A DNA stretch of 64,000 nt, taken from positions 9,009-73,008 of the forward strand of contig VGTL01000006.1 of assembly GCA_016874675.1 (NCBI GenBank), read 5' to 3'. Position numbers and translations under genes: made by a program. How positions within the stretch are numbered: the first letter of the stretch is position 1; every line of letters starts with the position of its first letter. The notes under the pieces were generated by a model that made no database searches, was not told where the DNA came from, and saw nothing but the letters and a program-made list of their open reading frames with translations. The DNA comes from Methanobacteriota archaeon. Lineage in GTDB: Archaea > Thermoplasmatota > DTKX01 > VGTL01. Of this stretch, positions 1 through 8,504 are shown piece after piece.

Positions 1-2778
1 CTTGCGGCCATCGACGAGCCTTCCCTGGAGGGGCGCAAGGCGGCCCTCTCGGCGATGCTCAAGGACGTTTCGAGGATTCCCGACCTGGAGCGGGGGCTGG
101 AGGCCCTGCGGGCGGATTCGGCCCAGATGCGGGAGCAGGAGCGGACCCGCCGGGAGGAGGAGCGCACCCGGAGGGCCGCCCTGTCGGAGAAGCTCTTCTG
201 GTGGTCCTCCCACGGACTGGCGGTCGACCGCCTCGAGAGCGCCCTCGCCGGCGACATTTCGGCGGCGGAGCGGGAGTTCGGGCGGTTCGAGCCGGCGGCC
301 CAGCGCCTCGTCGCGATAGCGATGTCCCTCTCCTCCCTGGACGTGTCCGGGTTCCCCCGGGAGGCGGCCGCCTTGGAGGCGCTCCTGGGCGACGTCGGGA
401 ACCTCGAGGGCGCCGAGGCCGCCTTCGCGGAGCTCTCCGGGCTGGCCGCCCGGCACTCCCGCGAGGCGCAGGAGAGGAGGGCGCTCCGGGACCGTCTGGA
501 AGCGCTTCGCGCCAGGGGCTTTGCCGTCGGGGCGGTGGAGAAGGCCCTGGAAGGGGACCTCGGCGGGGCCCAGGCCGCGCTGACCGGCTTCGAGGAGGAG
601 GCGCGGGCGGCCGAGACGATGCTGTCCCAGCTGGGCTCGCTCGACTTGCGCGGGTTCGAGAAGGAGGCGGAGAGGCTGCGCCGGGCGCTCCTGGACCCGT
701 CCCGCAACCGGGAATCCCGCCAGGAGCTCGGCTCCCTCGTCGCCGGGGTGGAGCGCGCCCGCGCCGAGGAGCTGGAGAGGGAGGAGTACCGCCGCAGGAT
801 AGGCGAATGGAGGAAGGGCGGGCTCCAGACCGCGCAGCTCGAGGCGCTCCTCAACAAGGACATGGCCGCGCTGCGGAAGGCGGTGACGGCGTTCCAGTTC
901 GACGTCGACCTCCACGACGACCTCGTCGGCCTGCTCGAGCCCCTCGCCGGGACCAGATACGCCGACGAGGCGGGGCGGCTCCAGCGCGAGCTGCGCGACT
1001 TCTCCAGGATGCCCGCCCTCGAGGATGAGGTGGCGGCGCTGCGCGCCCGGGCGGAGTCGGAGGCGCTGGCGGCCGGCCAGGAGGCGGCCCGGGACCTTTC
1101 GACCGACCTGGGGCTCCTGAGGAAGGTCCAGGGATGGGTGGAGGGCGGGCTGGCCGTGAGGAGGCTCGAGGGCGCCCTGAGGCACGAGCGCGACGGCTGG
1201 CGTGCCGAGATGGACCGGCTGGAGAAGGACATCGAGGAGCTCTCCCGGGAGGGCTCGGCGCTGGAGGTCCTCGACACGAAGGGGCACGAGGCCGACAAGG
1301 AGCACATCCGCTCTCTCCTGGGCGACCCCGACAACCTCCCGCTGGTGCGGGCGTACCGGGATTCGCTTCGGGCCAAGATCGCCCGGCGGAAGAAGGAGGG
1401 CGAGAGGAAGGCCTCCCTGGCGGCGGTCGCGGCGGACTGGGAGAGGCGCGGGCACCGCATAAAGGAGCTGCGCGCCTTTCTCGAGAGCGACCTGGACCGG
1501 GCCTCCTCCGAGTTCGTGCTGTTCAGGACCCGCATGGCCGCCGCCGAGCACCTGCGCCGCCGGCTGGACGCCCTGGAGCTTTCCGGCGCCGACGGGGAGG
1601 TGGAGCGGCTCCGCCGCAGGCTCAACGAGACCGACGACCCGGCGGCCCTGGTCCCGGAGGTGGAGGCCCTCTGGAAGGCATCCGAGGAGAGGGGCCGCGA
1701 GCGGGGCCTGCGGAGAAAGGCAGCGCGGGAGCGCAAGCGGATTCTCCGCGAGAGGATCCTCGGGTGGCTGGAGAGGGGTTTCTCCGTGAGGAGGCTGGAG
1801 CGGGCGCTGGAGCTCCCCCCCGACGAGGCCGACAGGGAGATCGCCCGCTTCGAGGAGGACCTCCGGAGGCTCCAGGCGCTGGCGGACCGAGTGGCGACGT
1901 TCGATGCCCCGGGCTTCGAGCCGGAGCTCGAGGCGCTGCGCCGGATCCTTAACGACGTCGACCGGATTCCCGACGTCGACAGGAGGCTCGAGGAGCTGGC
2001 CGCCAGGGCCGAGAGCGCCCGCCTCGAGGATGAGGCCCGGAAGGAGGCCGAGAGGGCCCGGCGGGCCGAGGAGGAGCGGCGGCTCGCGCTCCGGCGCTCC
2101 CTCGAGGAAAGGCTCCGGGAGTGGGGCGGGCTCGGCCTCAACGTCGAGGGCCTCAGCGCCGCGCTGGCCGGGGACCTGGCGCTCGCCGAGAAGCGCTTCG
2201 CGGAGTTCGAGGGGGCGCTGCTCCGCTGCGAGGAGCTCCGGGGGGAGCTCCACGCGCTCTTCGGCCGCGTGCCCGAGGGCGTCCCGGGGGCCGAGACCGT
2301 GGAGCGGATGCTCCAGGACCCGCTCAAGCTCTCCCAGGCGGAGAGGGCCCTCGCCGAATACAGGAAGAGGGCGCAGGCCGCGATGGCGGCCCGCGACGCC
2401 GAGCTGGAGCGGTTCAGGGCGCGCATCAGGGAGCTCGGAGCGGCCGGCGAGGACGTCGGGCCGCTCGAGAGCGCGGCGGGGAAGGGGCTTTCGGAGGTCC
2501 GCCAGGCGTTCGCCGAGTTCGAGAGGGGCCGCAAGCGCCGCGCGCTCGAGGACACCTGGATGGCGGTCAAGAGCAAGGTTCTGAGCGGCCCCCCGCCCGG
2601 CCCGCGGCCGGGGGCGGAGGGGCCAGAACAGCCGACGGCGGCGGGCCCTGAGGGCGGTCGGGCCGGAGCCGGCGGCGCGGCCGCCGGGGCACTACATGCC
2701 CCGGCCGGCGCCCGGGAGGAGGAGGAGGCGGCGCCCGGCCGGGTGGCCAGAAGGAAGGTCAAGCGCATCAGGAAGTAG
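1..2778 (+). CDS. Giant Arg/Glu-rich coiled-coil tandem-repeat protein, paralog 1 (5'-truncated by window edge; at least 925 aa)
   Basis: The reading frame is open from nt 1 through ATG 55 to stop 2778. The protein has at least 7 tandem repeats of about 100-110 aa, each containing an anchor motif such as 'W-x3-G-[FLH]-x-V-x-x-L-E-x-A-L-x-G-D' (e.g. LFWWSSHGLAVDRLESALAGD, EWRKGGLQTAQLEALLNKD, GWVEGGLAVRRLEGALRHE, GWLERGFSVRRLERALELP) flanked by RE-rich predicted coiled coil. The C-terminus is Gly/Pro/Ala-rich and ends in a basic tail 'RRKVKRIRK'. No family was recognised from memory. Confidence 0.6.
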   Translation, partial: LAAIDEPSLEGRKAALSAMLKDVSRIPDLERGLEALRADSAQMREQERTRREEERTRRAALSEKLFWWSSHGLAVDRLESALAGDISAAEREFGRFEPAAQRLVAIAMSLSSLDVSGFPREAAALEALLGDVGNLEGAEAAFAELSGLAARHSREAQERRALRDRLEALRARGFAVGAVEKALEGDLGGAQAALTGFEEEARAAETMLSQLGSLDLRGFEKEAERLRRALLDPSRNRESRQELGSLVAGVERARAEELEREEYRRRIGEWRKGGLQTAQLEALLNKDMAALRKAVTAFQFDVDLHDDLVGLLEPLAGTRYADEAGRLQRELRDFSRMPALEDEVAALRARAESEALAAGQEAARDLSTDLGLLRKVQGWVEGGLAVRRLEGALRHERDGWRAEMDRLEKDIEELSREGSALEVLDTKGHEADKEHIRSLLGDPDNLPLVRAYRDSLRAKIARRKKEGERKASLAAVAADWERRGHRIKELRAFLESDLDRASSEFVLFRTRMAAAEHLRRRLDALELSGADGEVERLRRRLNETDDPAALVPEVEALWKASEERGRERGLRRKAARERKRILRERILGWLERGFSVRRLERALELPPDEADREIARFEEDLRRLQALADRVATFDAPGFEPELEALRRILNDVDRIPDVDRRLEELAARAESARLEDEARKEAERARRAEEERRLALRRSLEERLREWGGLGLNVEGLSAALAGDLALAEKRFAEFEGALLRCEELRGELHALFGRVPEGVPGAETVERMLQDPLKLSQAERALAEYRKRAQAAMAARDAELERFRARIRELGAAGEDVGPLESAAGKGLSEVRQAFAEFERGRKRRALEDTWMAVKSKVLSGPPPGPRPGAEGPEQPTAAGPEGGRAGAGGAAAGALHAPAGAREEEEAAPGRVARRKVKRIRK

Positions 2779-2787
2779 GCGAGCGAT

Positions 2788-5700
2788 ATGAATGAGAAGG
2801 CGTTGCTCGGGGAGAGCGAGAGGAAGGGGTACGAGAGAAAGCTCGAGGACTGGCGGTCGGAGGGGTTCGATGTCGGGCGGCTGGCGCTCATCCTCAGGGA
2901 CAGCCCGCAGGACGCCCCGGGCGCGTTCGAGTCGGCCGAGAAGGGCATCCACCGGAACCGGGAGCTTTTGGGCGAGTTCCGGTCCCTCCGGCCCGCCGGG
3001 CCCGAGGAGCAGGTGTCCCGGATGCAGACGCTCCTGCGGGACCCTTGGATGAGCCGCGAGGCCGAAAACCTCCTCCTGGAGCTCCAGGTCCGGGCCGAGC
3101 GGGTCCGCAAGGAGGAGCAGCGCAGAAAGCGCGAGTCCGAGCGGCGCGTCGGCCGCCTGAGGGAGAGGGTGGCGGCCTGGAAGGGGCAGGGCTTCTCCAC
3201 CGGACCCGTCGAGCGGGCGCTCGAGGGCGACATCGCGGCCGCCGAGCACGAAGTGGAGCGCTTCGGGGAGGCCGTGGGCCGCCTCCTCGCGTGCGAGGAG
3301 GAGCTCGGAGAGCTGGGGGGCCAGGAGTTCGCCGAGGAGCGGAAGGGCGTGCGCGGGATGCTCCGGGACCCGGCGAGGGCGCAGGAGGCCGAGGAGGCGC
3401 TCATAAAGCTGCGCGTCCTATTCGAGAAGCGGAGGAGCGAGGAGCGGCTGCGCGCCGGACAGGAGAAGCTCGCCCGGGCCGCCGTGCGGGAGAGGGTCGC
3501 CGCCTGGAAGGGGGCCGGCCTCAAGGTGCCCCTCGCCGACGACTTCATCGAGAACGCCGGCATGGACCTCCTCAACGAGCACATGGAGGAGCTCGAGGAG
3601 GCGGTGGCGCGGCTTGCGGAGCTGCGCGAGGAGGCCGGGCGCCTTTCGCGGGACGAGGACCCGGCCGGCCGGGAGGCGCTGTCGGCGCTCCTGCAGGACC
3701 CGACGCAGGTGCAGGCCGCCGAGGAGAGCCTCCTGCGGCTCCAGTTCGCCTCGCAGCGCGCAGCCCGCGAGCGGGAGCGGAAGGCCGAGGAGAGCCGCAG
3801 GTGGAGAACCGAGCTGCTCTCCCGGGTCAAGGAGCTCAAGGGCGCCGGCTACGACACCTCCCGGGTCGATTCGGCATTCGACGGCGACGACGAGCACCTC
3901 CGGACCGAGTGGGTGAGGTACCGCATCCAGCTCAAGCGGGTGCAGGAGCTCGAGGAGGAGCTGCGGACCCTTCACTCCGAGGGGTTCGAGAGGGAGGTCG
4001 GGGCGCTCGTCGCCGACCTCAGGAGGGTCGGCCTGGACACCACCGAGCGGGTGCTCGCCGGAAAGCGCGCCCTCGAGGAGAAGATGGCGGCGCGCCGGGA
4101 GGCGGAGCTTAGGGCGCGGGAGGCCGAGGAGCGCGAGAGGCTGGAGCTCACAAAGAGGCTCGGGGGCTGGATAGGCGAGGGCTACCGCGACGGCCGGCCG
4201 GGCGGGCTGGAGGCCCTCGGCTCCCTGCCGATGCCCGAGATGCGAGGCGAGCTCGGGGAGGTCGAAAGGAGGGTCCGCCTCGTCGAGCAGATGCGCCGCG
4301 AAGTGATGTCTTTGGACATCACCGGCTTCGAGACCGAGAGCGCCACGCTGCTCGACGAGCTCTACGACATCTCCCGGCTCGATGTCTCCGGACCGAGGGC
4401 GGAGGAGCTCCGGACGAGGATTCTCGCCAAGCGCGAGGAGGAGCGGCGCCGGGCGGAGGAGGAGCGCCGGCGGCGAGAGGAGCTGCGCTCCAAGATAGCG
4501 GGCTGGAAGAAGCTGGGCTTCGAGGTGTGGGCGCTGGAGGCCCTGCTCGACGGGGACCTGGAGTTCCTCCGCAGGGAGTACTCGCTGGCGCGCATGTCCA
4601 TCCAGAGGGCCCAGTCGCTCCTGGGCGAGCTTGCGGCGATACCGGCCGAGGAGGCCGGGCCCGAGCACGCCGAGGTGCGCCAGAAGATCTACACCCTGGA
4701 GCGGCTCGACGATTGCGCCGAGCAGATAGAGAGGCTCCGGCTTTCGGCCCAGGAGAGGGGCCTCCAGCGGAAGAAGCTCGAGGACCTGCGCGAAAAGATC
4801 CGGGAGTGGAAGGAGCAGGGCCACGACGTCTCCCGCCTGGAGCGCCTCGACGACGGCGACATAGAGGTGCTGACCAAGGAGTTCCTGATGTTCAAAATCC
4901 GGATCCAGAAGCTCCGGGAGCTCGAGGAGGAGCTCGAGGCCCTGGACACCGAGGGGTTCGAATCCGAGCGGGCCGCGATCGAGCGCAACCTGAAGAACGT
5001 CGAGGCGCTGGGCGAGACCCGGGACCTCCTCTCCGGGCTCGAGCTCAAGATAGGCAAGCGGATGGCCGAGGAGGTGCGGCTCAGGGAGGAGCGGCGCAGG
5101 CTTCAGGGCGAGTACATCGCCAAGATGTCGGCCTGGCTGGAGGAGGGCTTCCACGTCGACACGCTGGAGGGCGCGCTGGGCAAGAAGCCCTCCGAGATGG
5201 CGTCCGATTTCGCGCGCTTCGAGAGGTCCGTCGAGGAGATACGGCAGATACGCGAGCGGCTCGAGGAGTTCTCCGGATTGGGCTACGACGAGCTCATCGC
5301 ACGCATCCGGGAGAAGCTCCGGGAGGTCGGTCGCATAGAGGAGGCGAAGAAGGACGTCCACGAGCTTTGGGAGAGGGTGGAGCGGAGGAAGAAGGAGAGC
5401 GAGAGCCGCCGCAGGGAGGACGACGACCTGCGCTTCGGGATCGTCAGGCAGATAGAGGCCTGGGAGGCGGAGGGCTACGACGTCGGGGAGCTGCAGAAGC
5501 TCAGCGGCGGCAGGCTCGAGGACCTGCGCCGCGCCGTCATCACCCACCGGATGAGGATAGAGAGGATGCAGGGCCTGGAGGGAATCCTCGACGCGATGGA
5601 GACCCGGGAGTTCGGGACCGAAGCGGCGGCCATACGGGCCCAGCTCAAGGACCTCGACCGCGTCGAGCAGGTGGAGGGGGCCATCGCCGCCCTGAAGGAG

Positions 5701-6864
5701 GAAATCCGCGGCCGAAAGGAAGAGGAGCGAGCGGGCAGGGAGAGCCTCCACCGGCGGCGGGACGAGTGCACCGACCGGTTCCTCTCGCTGCTCTCCCAGG
5801 GCTACAATGTGGACACGCTGGAGGGGGCGCTGGAGCTTCCCTACGAGGCGCTGCACGCCGAGTGCGGGCGCCTCGAGGGCGTGGTCAACCGCCTCAAGGA
5901 GATCGGGGCGGAGCTCGAGCGCCGGGGGCTGCTCGCCGGCAACGCCGGTGCGAAAAAGAGGCTGTTCGACCTTCACGCGCTTGCGGAGCTCGAGGAGTAC
6001 CTGGCCACCGGGAAGGCCCCCTGGGAGCAGCGCCCGGCGCCCGACAGGATCCCGATAATCCGGTACGGGCACGGGAAACGGGCCGAAGAGGCGCCGGCGA
6101 GGGCGGCCGCGGTGGAGCTGCCGGAGCTCAAGCCGCCCGGCAAGCCGGTGACGCCGGCACCGGCCCGGTGGACCGCGCCTTCGCTTGCGGCGGCCGTGAC
6201 AGGCGCGCATCCGGGGACGGAGGCGCCGGCCCACCCGCCGGCCGCGCCTGCGCCGCCCGAGCGCGCTCCCATGGGCCGAACCTGCGAGGGCTGCGGAGAG
6301 CCGCTGGACCCGACTTGGAAGAAGTGCCCCTCCTGCCTGAGGCCGGTGGGGCCGACCGGGACCGCGGTGCCCCGGCCGGAGCCCCAGCGCCAGCCCCTCA
6401 TAGACAGGATTCCGGCCCGCCCGGAGAAGGAGATGGGCATCCGGGATCAGTCGGCGGGCCACCGGGAGACCTCCCGGAGGGAGACGCAGCTCGACCCCGA
6501 GAAGCTGGCCTCGCTGCGCAAGATGATCGACCAGTGGAAGTCCGACGGCGACGATGTCGGGGACCTCGAGGAATACCTGGATTCCGGCGTGGTCACGAAG
6601 GAGGGGATGAGGAGGAGGCTGGAGGCCATCAACGAGAAGAGGAAGCGGGCCGCGGAGGAGCGGGCCACCCGCCACGAGGGTCCGGCCGCCGGGGAGCGTG
6701 AGGCCCCCTCCACCGGCGAGAGGCCCGAACCCGGGGAGGGGCCGGACGGGCCGCCCGGGGAGCGACCGGCCGACGGTCCCGCCGAGGAGACGGCCGCCCC
6801 GGACGCACCGGCCCCCGGGGAGGGAACCCGGAAGATTAGGAAGGTCAAGAAGGTGGTCCGCTGA
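2788..6864 (+). CDS. Giant Arg/Glu-rich coiled-coil tandem-repeat protein, paralog 2 (1358 aa) with C-terminal zinc ribbon
   Basis: The protein has 10 tandem repeats with a period of about 109 aa (327 bp). Anchors lie at aa 22,131,240,349,461,573,674,783,892,1001 (AWKGQGFSTGPVERALEGD, AWKGAGLKVPLADDF, GWKKLGFEVWALEALLDGD, EWKEQGHDVSRLERLDDGD, AWLEEGFHVDTLEGALGKK, AWEAEGYDVGELQKLSGGR ...). A zinc ribbon 'CEGCGEPLDPTWKKCPSCL' falls at about nt 6274-6345, followed by one more anchor copy (QWKSDGDDVGDLEEYLDSG). The tail is acidic and Pro-rich and ends in 'RKIRKVKKVVR'. Confidence 0.65.
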   Translation: MNEKALLGESERKGYERKLEDWRSEGFDVGRLALILRDSPQDAPGAFESAEKGIHRNRELLGEFRSLRPAGPEEQVSRMQTLLRDPWMSREAENLLLELQVRAERVRKEEQRRKRESERRVGRLRERVAAWKGQGFSTGPVERALEGDIAAAEHEVERFGEAVGRLLACEEELGELGGQEFAEERKGVRGMLRDPARAQEAEEALIKLRVLFEKRRSEERLRAGQEKLARAAVRERVAAWKGAGLKVPLADDFIENAGMDLLNEHMEELEEAVARLAELREEAGRLSRDEDPAGREALSALLQDPTQVQAAEESLLRLQFASQRAARERERKAEESRRWRTELLSRVKELKGAGYDTSRVDSAFDGDDEHLRTEWVRYRIQLKRVQELEEELRTLHSEGFEREVGALVADLRRVGLDTTERVLAGKRALEEKMAARREAELRAREAEERERLELTKRLGGWIGEGYRDGRPGGLEALGSLPMPEMRGELGEVERRVRLVEQMRREVMSLDITGFETESATLLDELYDISRLDVSGPRAEELRTRILAKREEERRRAEEERRRREELRSKIAGWKKLGFEVWALEALLDGDLEFLRREYSLARMSIQRAQSLLGELAAIPAEEAGPEHAEVRQKIYTLERLDDCAEQIERLRLSAQERGLQRKKLEDLREKIREWKEQGHDVSRLERLDDGDIEVLTKEFLMFKIRIQKLRELEEELEALDTEGFESERAAIERNLKNVEALGETRDLLSGLELKIGKRMAEEVRLREERRRLQGEYIAKMSAWLEEGFHVDTLEGALGKKPSEMASDFARFERSVEEIRQIRERLEEFSGLGYDELIARIREKLREVGRIEEAKKDVHELWERVERRKKESESRRREDDDLRFGIVRQIEAWEAEGYDVGELQKLSGGRLEDLRRAVITHRMRIERMQGLEGILDAMETREFGTEAAAIRAQLKDLDRVEQVEGAIAALKEEIRGRKEEERAGRESLHRRRDECTDRFLSLLSQGYNVDTLEGALELPYEALHAECGRLEGVVNRLKEIGAELERRGLLAGNAGAKKRLFDLHALAELEEYLATGKAPWEQRPAPDRIPIIRYGHGKRAEEAPARAAAVELPELKPPGKPVTPAPARWTAPSLAAAVTGAHPGTEAPAHPPAAPAPPERAPMGRTCEGCGEPLDPTWKKCPSCLRPVGPTGTAVPRPEPQRQPLIDRIPARPEKEMGIRDQSAGHRETSRRETQLDPEKLASLRKMIDQWKSDGDDVGDLEEYLDSGVVTKEGMRRRLEAINEKRKRAAEERATRHEGPAAGEREAPSTGERPEPGEGPDGPPGERPADGPAEETAAPDAPAPGEGTRKIRKVKKVVR

Positions 6865-6878
6865 AGACCGTCGAGAGG

Positions 6879-7697
6879 GTGCCCACCGGGATCGACAGCC
6901 TCGACCTCCTGCTCAAGGGGGGCTTTCCCGCCCAGACGGTCAACCTGGTCTCCGGCCCTCCCGGCAGCGGGCGCAGCCTCACCTGCATGCAGTTCGTCTA
7001 CTACGGGGTCGAGAGGTTCGACGAGCCCGGCCTCTATATAACCCTCGACGAGGAGCGCCAAAGCATCCTGAGGGCGATGAAGTCCTTCGGCATGCGCCCG
7101 GAGATGTACGAGGAGGAGGGAGACCTCACGGTGGCGGACCTGGGCTGGTTCTCGAAGGTGCTAGGCCCGGAGGCCGAGGCGCCGGCGGGGCTGGCCGGGA
7201 TGGACCTTCTGCGCGAGCGCGCCCGCAAGGACAACCTCGACGTGGAGTGGCTGAGCGGCGAGCCGGACGCGCACGAGGAGCTCGAGGGCGGGTTCGTCGG
7301 GTTCCGTACGCTCCAGGCCGTGGTGGAGAGCCTTTTGAAGAAAAGGAAGATCCGCCGGCTCGCGGTCGACTCCGTGGCGTCCATCGGGCTCCTGAGCGGC
7401 CAGGAGGAGCTCTTCCGCAAGGAGCTCTTCTCGTTCGGGCGGTTCCTCCGGGACCGCAAGCTCACCTCCCTACTCGTGACCGAATCCTTTGGCCCCGCCG
7501 GGTCGGTCCGCTTCGGCGTGGAGAACTTCCTTGCGGACACCCACATCTGCCTGAGCCTTCGCAACATACGGGGGGAATCGATGCGCACGGTGACGGTGCA
7601 GAAGATGCGGTTCGGAACGCACGACACCGGCGTCCACCCTTTCACCATCACCTCGCGGGGGATGGAGATAAACGTTCGAGAATTCGTGAAGTTATGA
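6879..7697 (+). CDS. KaiC/RecA-superfamily ATPase, FlaH/ArlH-like archaellum component with degenerate Walker A
   Basis: The N-terminus 'IDSLDLLLKGGFPAQTVNLVSGPPGSGRSL' is KaiC/RadB-like. The gene lies immediately upstream of the archaellin gene. The Walker-A lysine is replaced by Arg (GSGRS rather than GxGKT). Confidence 0.55.
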   Translation: MPTGIDSLDLLLKGGFPAQTVNLVSGPPGSGRSLTCMQFVYYGVERFDEPGLYITLDEERQSILRAMKSFGMRPEMYEEEGDLTVADLGWFSKVLGPEAEAPAGLAGMDLLRERARKDNLDVEWLSGEPDAHEELEGGFVGFRTLQAVVESLLKKRKIRRLAVDSVASIGLLSGQEELFRKELFSFGRFLRDRKLTSLLVTESFGPAGSVRFGVENFLADTHICLSLRNIRGESMRTVTVQKMRFGTHDTGVHPFTITSRGMEINVREFVKL

Positions 7698-7725
7698 CGG
7701 TGAGCGATTATGGGTCAAAGAAGAA

Positions 7726-7746
7726 TTTTTATATACTTATATTAGG
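7726..7746 (+). promoter_or_regulatory. AT-rich TATA-box-like element upstream of archaellin gene
   Basis: The sequence 'tttttatatacttatattagg' sits in an otherwise 68% GC context, about 50-70 bp upstream of ATG 7796. A GGAGGT Shine-Dalgarno lies at 7783-7788. Confidence 0.5.
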
Positions 7747-7795
7747 ATATACTGGGCGTAGATATACGTTGTTGACGGAAGTTGGAGGTAGAGTG

Positions 7796-8482
7796 ATGGC
7801 AGCAACTCCCCGGAAATACGCCTGGAAGTCCAAAAGGAACGCCACCATCGGCATCGGCACGCTGATAGTGTTCATCGCTCTCGTCCTGACGGCCGCCATC
7901 GCCTCGGCGGTGATACTCAAGACGGCCTACTCGCTGAAGGACGCGGCGGAGGCGACCGGGAAGGCCACGGTCCAGGAGGTCAGCGGCGGCATCAAGGTGC
8001 TCGACATAGTCGGGGACCGCAACCTCAACAAGGGCGGCCTCCCCGTGAACATCCAGACCGGCATCCAGAGGGTAACCTTCCTGGTCACGGTCTGGGCGGG
8101 AAGCCAGGGCGTGAACATGCGGACGATGAGGGTGCACTGGATGGGCCCGACGCAGTCGGCCTACCTCACCATCAACCCGGCCTCGTACACGGTCGGCAGC
8201 CAGACGGACTTCGGCTGCGACAATGTCCCGGCCGCCGTCACCACGGACTGGAACCCGCCCGGCACGATGTGGCTCCACTGGGAGAACATGGCCTACGTCG
8301 AGCTCGAGCTGGGCAACGGCAACATCGGCGAGCAGACCGGAAGCCCGGCCTCGTGGGGCCTGGTGCCGGGCTCGCACGCCTCCGTCTACTTCGAGCCCGC
8401 GGCCGGGCTGGTGGTGGAGGAGAGCTTCACCACGCCGACGACCTACGGGACGATGCAGTTCATAGACCTCACGATGCAGTAG
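7796..8482 (+). CDS. Archaellin (archaeal flagellin FlaB/ArlB), class III signal peptide
   Basis: The N-terminus 'KRNATIGIGTLIVFIALVLTAAIASAVILKT' matches the conserved archaellin hydrophobic N-terminal helix (GIGTLIVFIA...). The ORF-track ORF 6698-8482 is an upstream extension; ATG 7796 is the first start after the promoter and SD. Confidence 0.8.
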   Translation: MAATPRKYAWKSKRNATIGIGTLIVFIALVLTAAIASAVILKTAYSLKDAAEATGKATVQEVSGGIKVLDIVGDRNLNKGGLPVNIQTGIQRVTFLVTVWAGSQGVNMRTMRVHWMGPTQSAYLTINPASYTVGSQTDFGCDNVPAAVTTDWNPPGTMWLHWENMAYVELELGNGNIGEQTGSPASWGLVPGSHASVYFEPAAGLVVEESFTTPTTYGTMQFIDLTMQ

Positions 8483-8504
8483 GCGCCCTCAGGGACACTG
8501 CACC

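Noticed and set aside
3418-6675. 1085-aa antisense ORF, plus many other long ORFs overlapping called genes (e.g. 10803-14519 +, 12382-14574 -, 38120-42388 -, 4527-6701 +)
   Set aside because: In a roughly 68% GC genome, stop codons are rare in all frames. These ORFs have Arg/Gly/Pro/Ala-dominated low-complexity translations and no motifs. Each overlaps a gene with clear family signatures on the other strand or in another frame.
6698-8482. 594-aa ORF-track ORF containing the archaellin
   Set aside because: The upstream 366 codons are an Arg/Pro-rich frame overlapping the KaiC-like gene, and they run through an obvious AT-rich promoter. The archaellin starts at ATG 7796, after the TATA box and SD.
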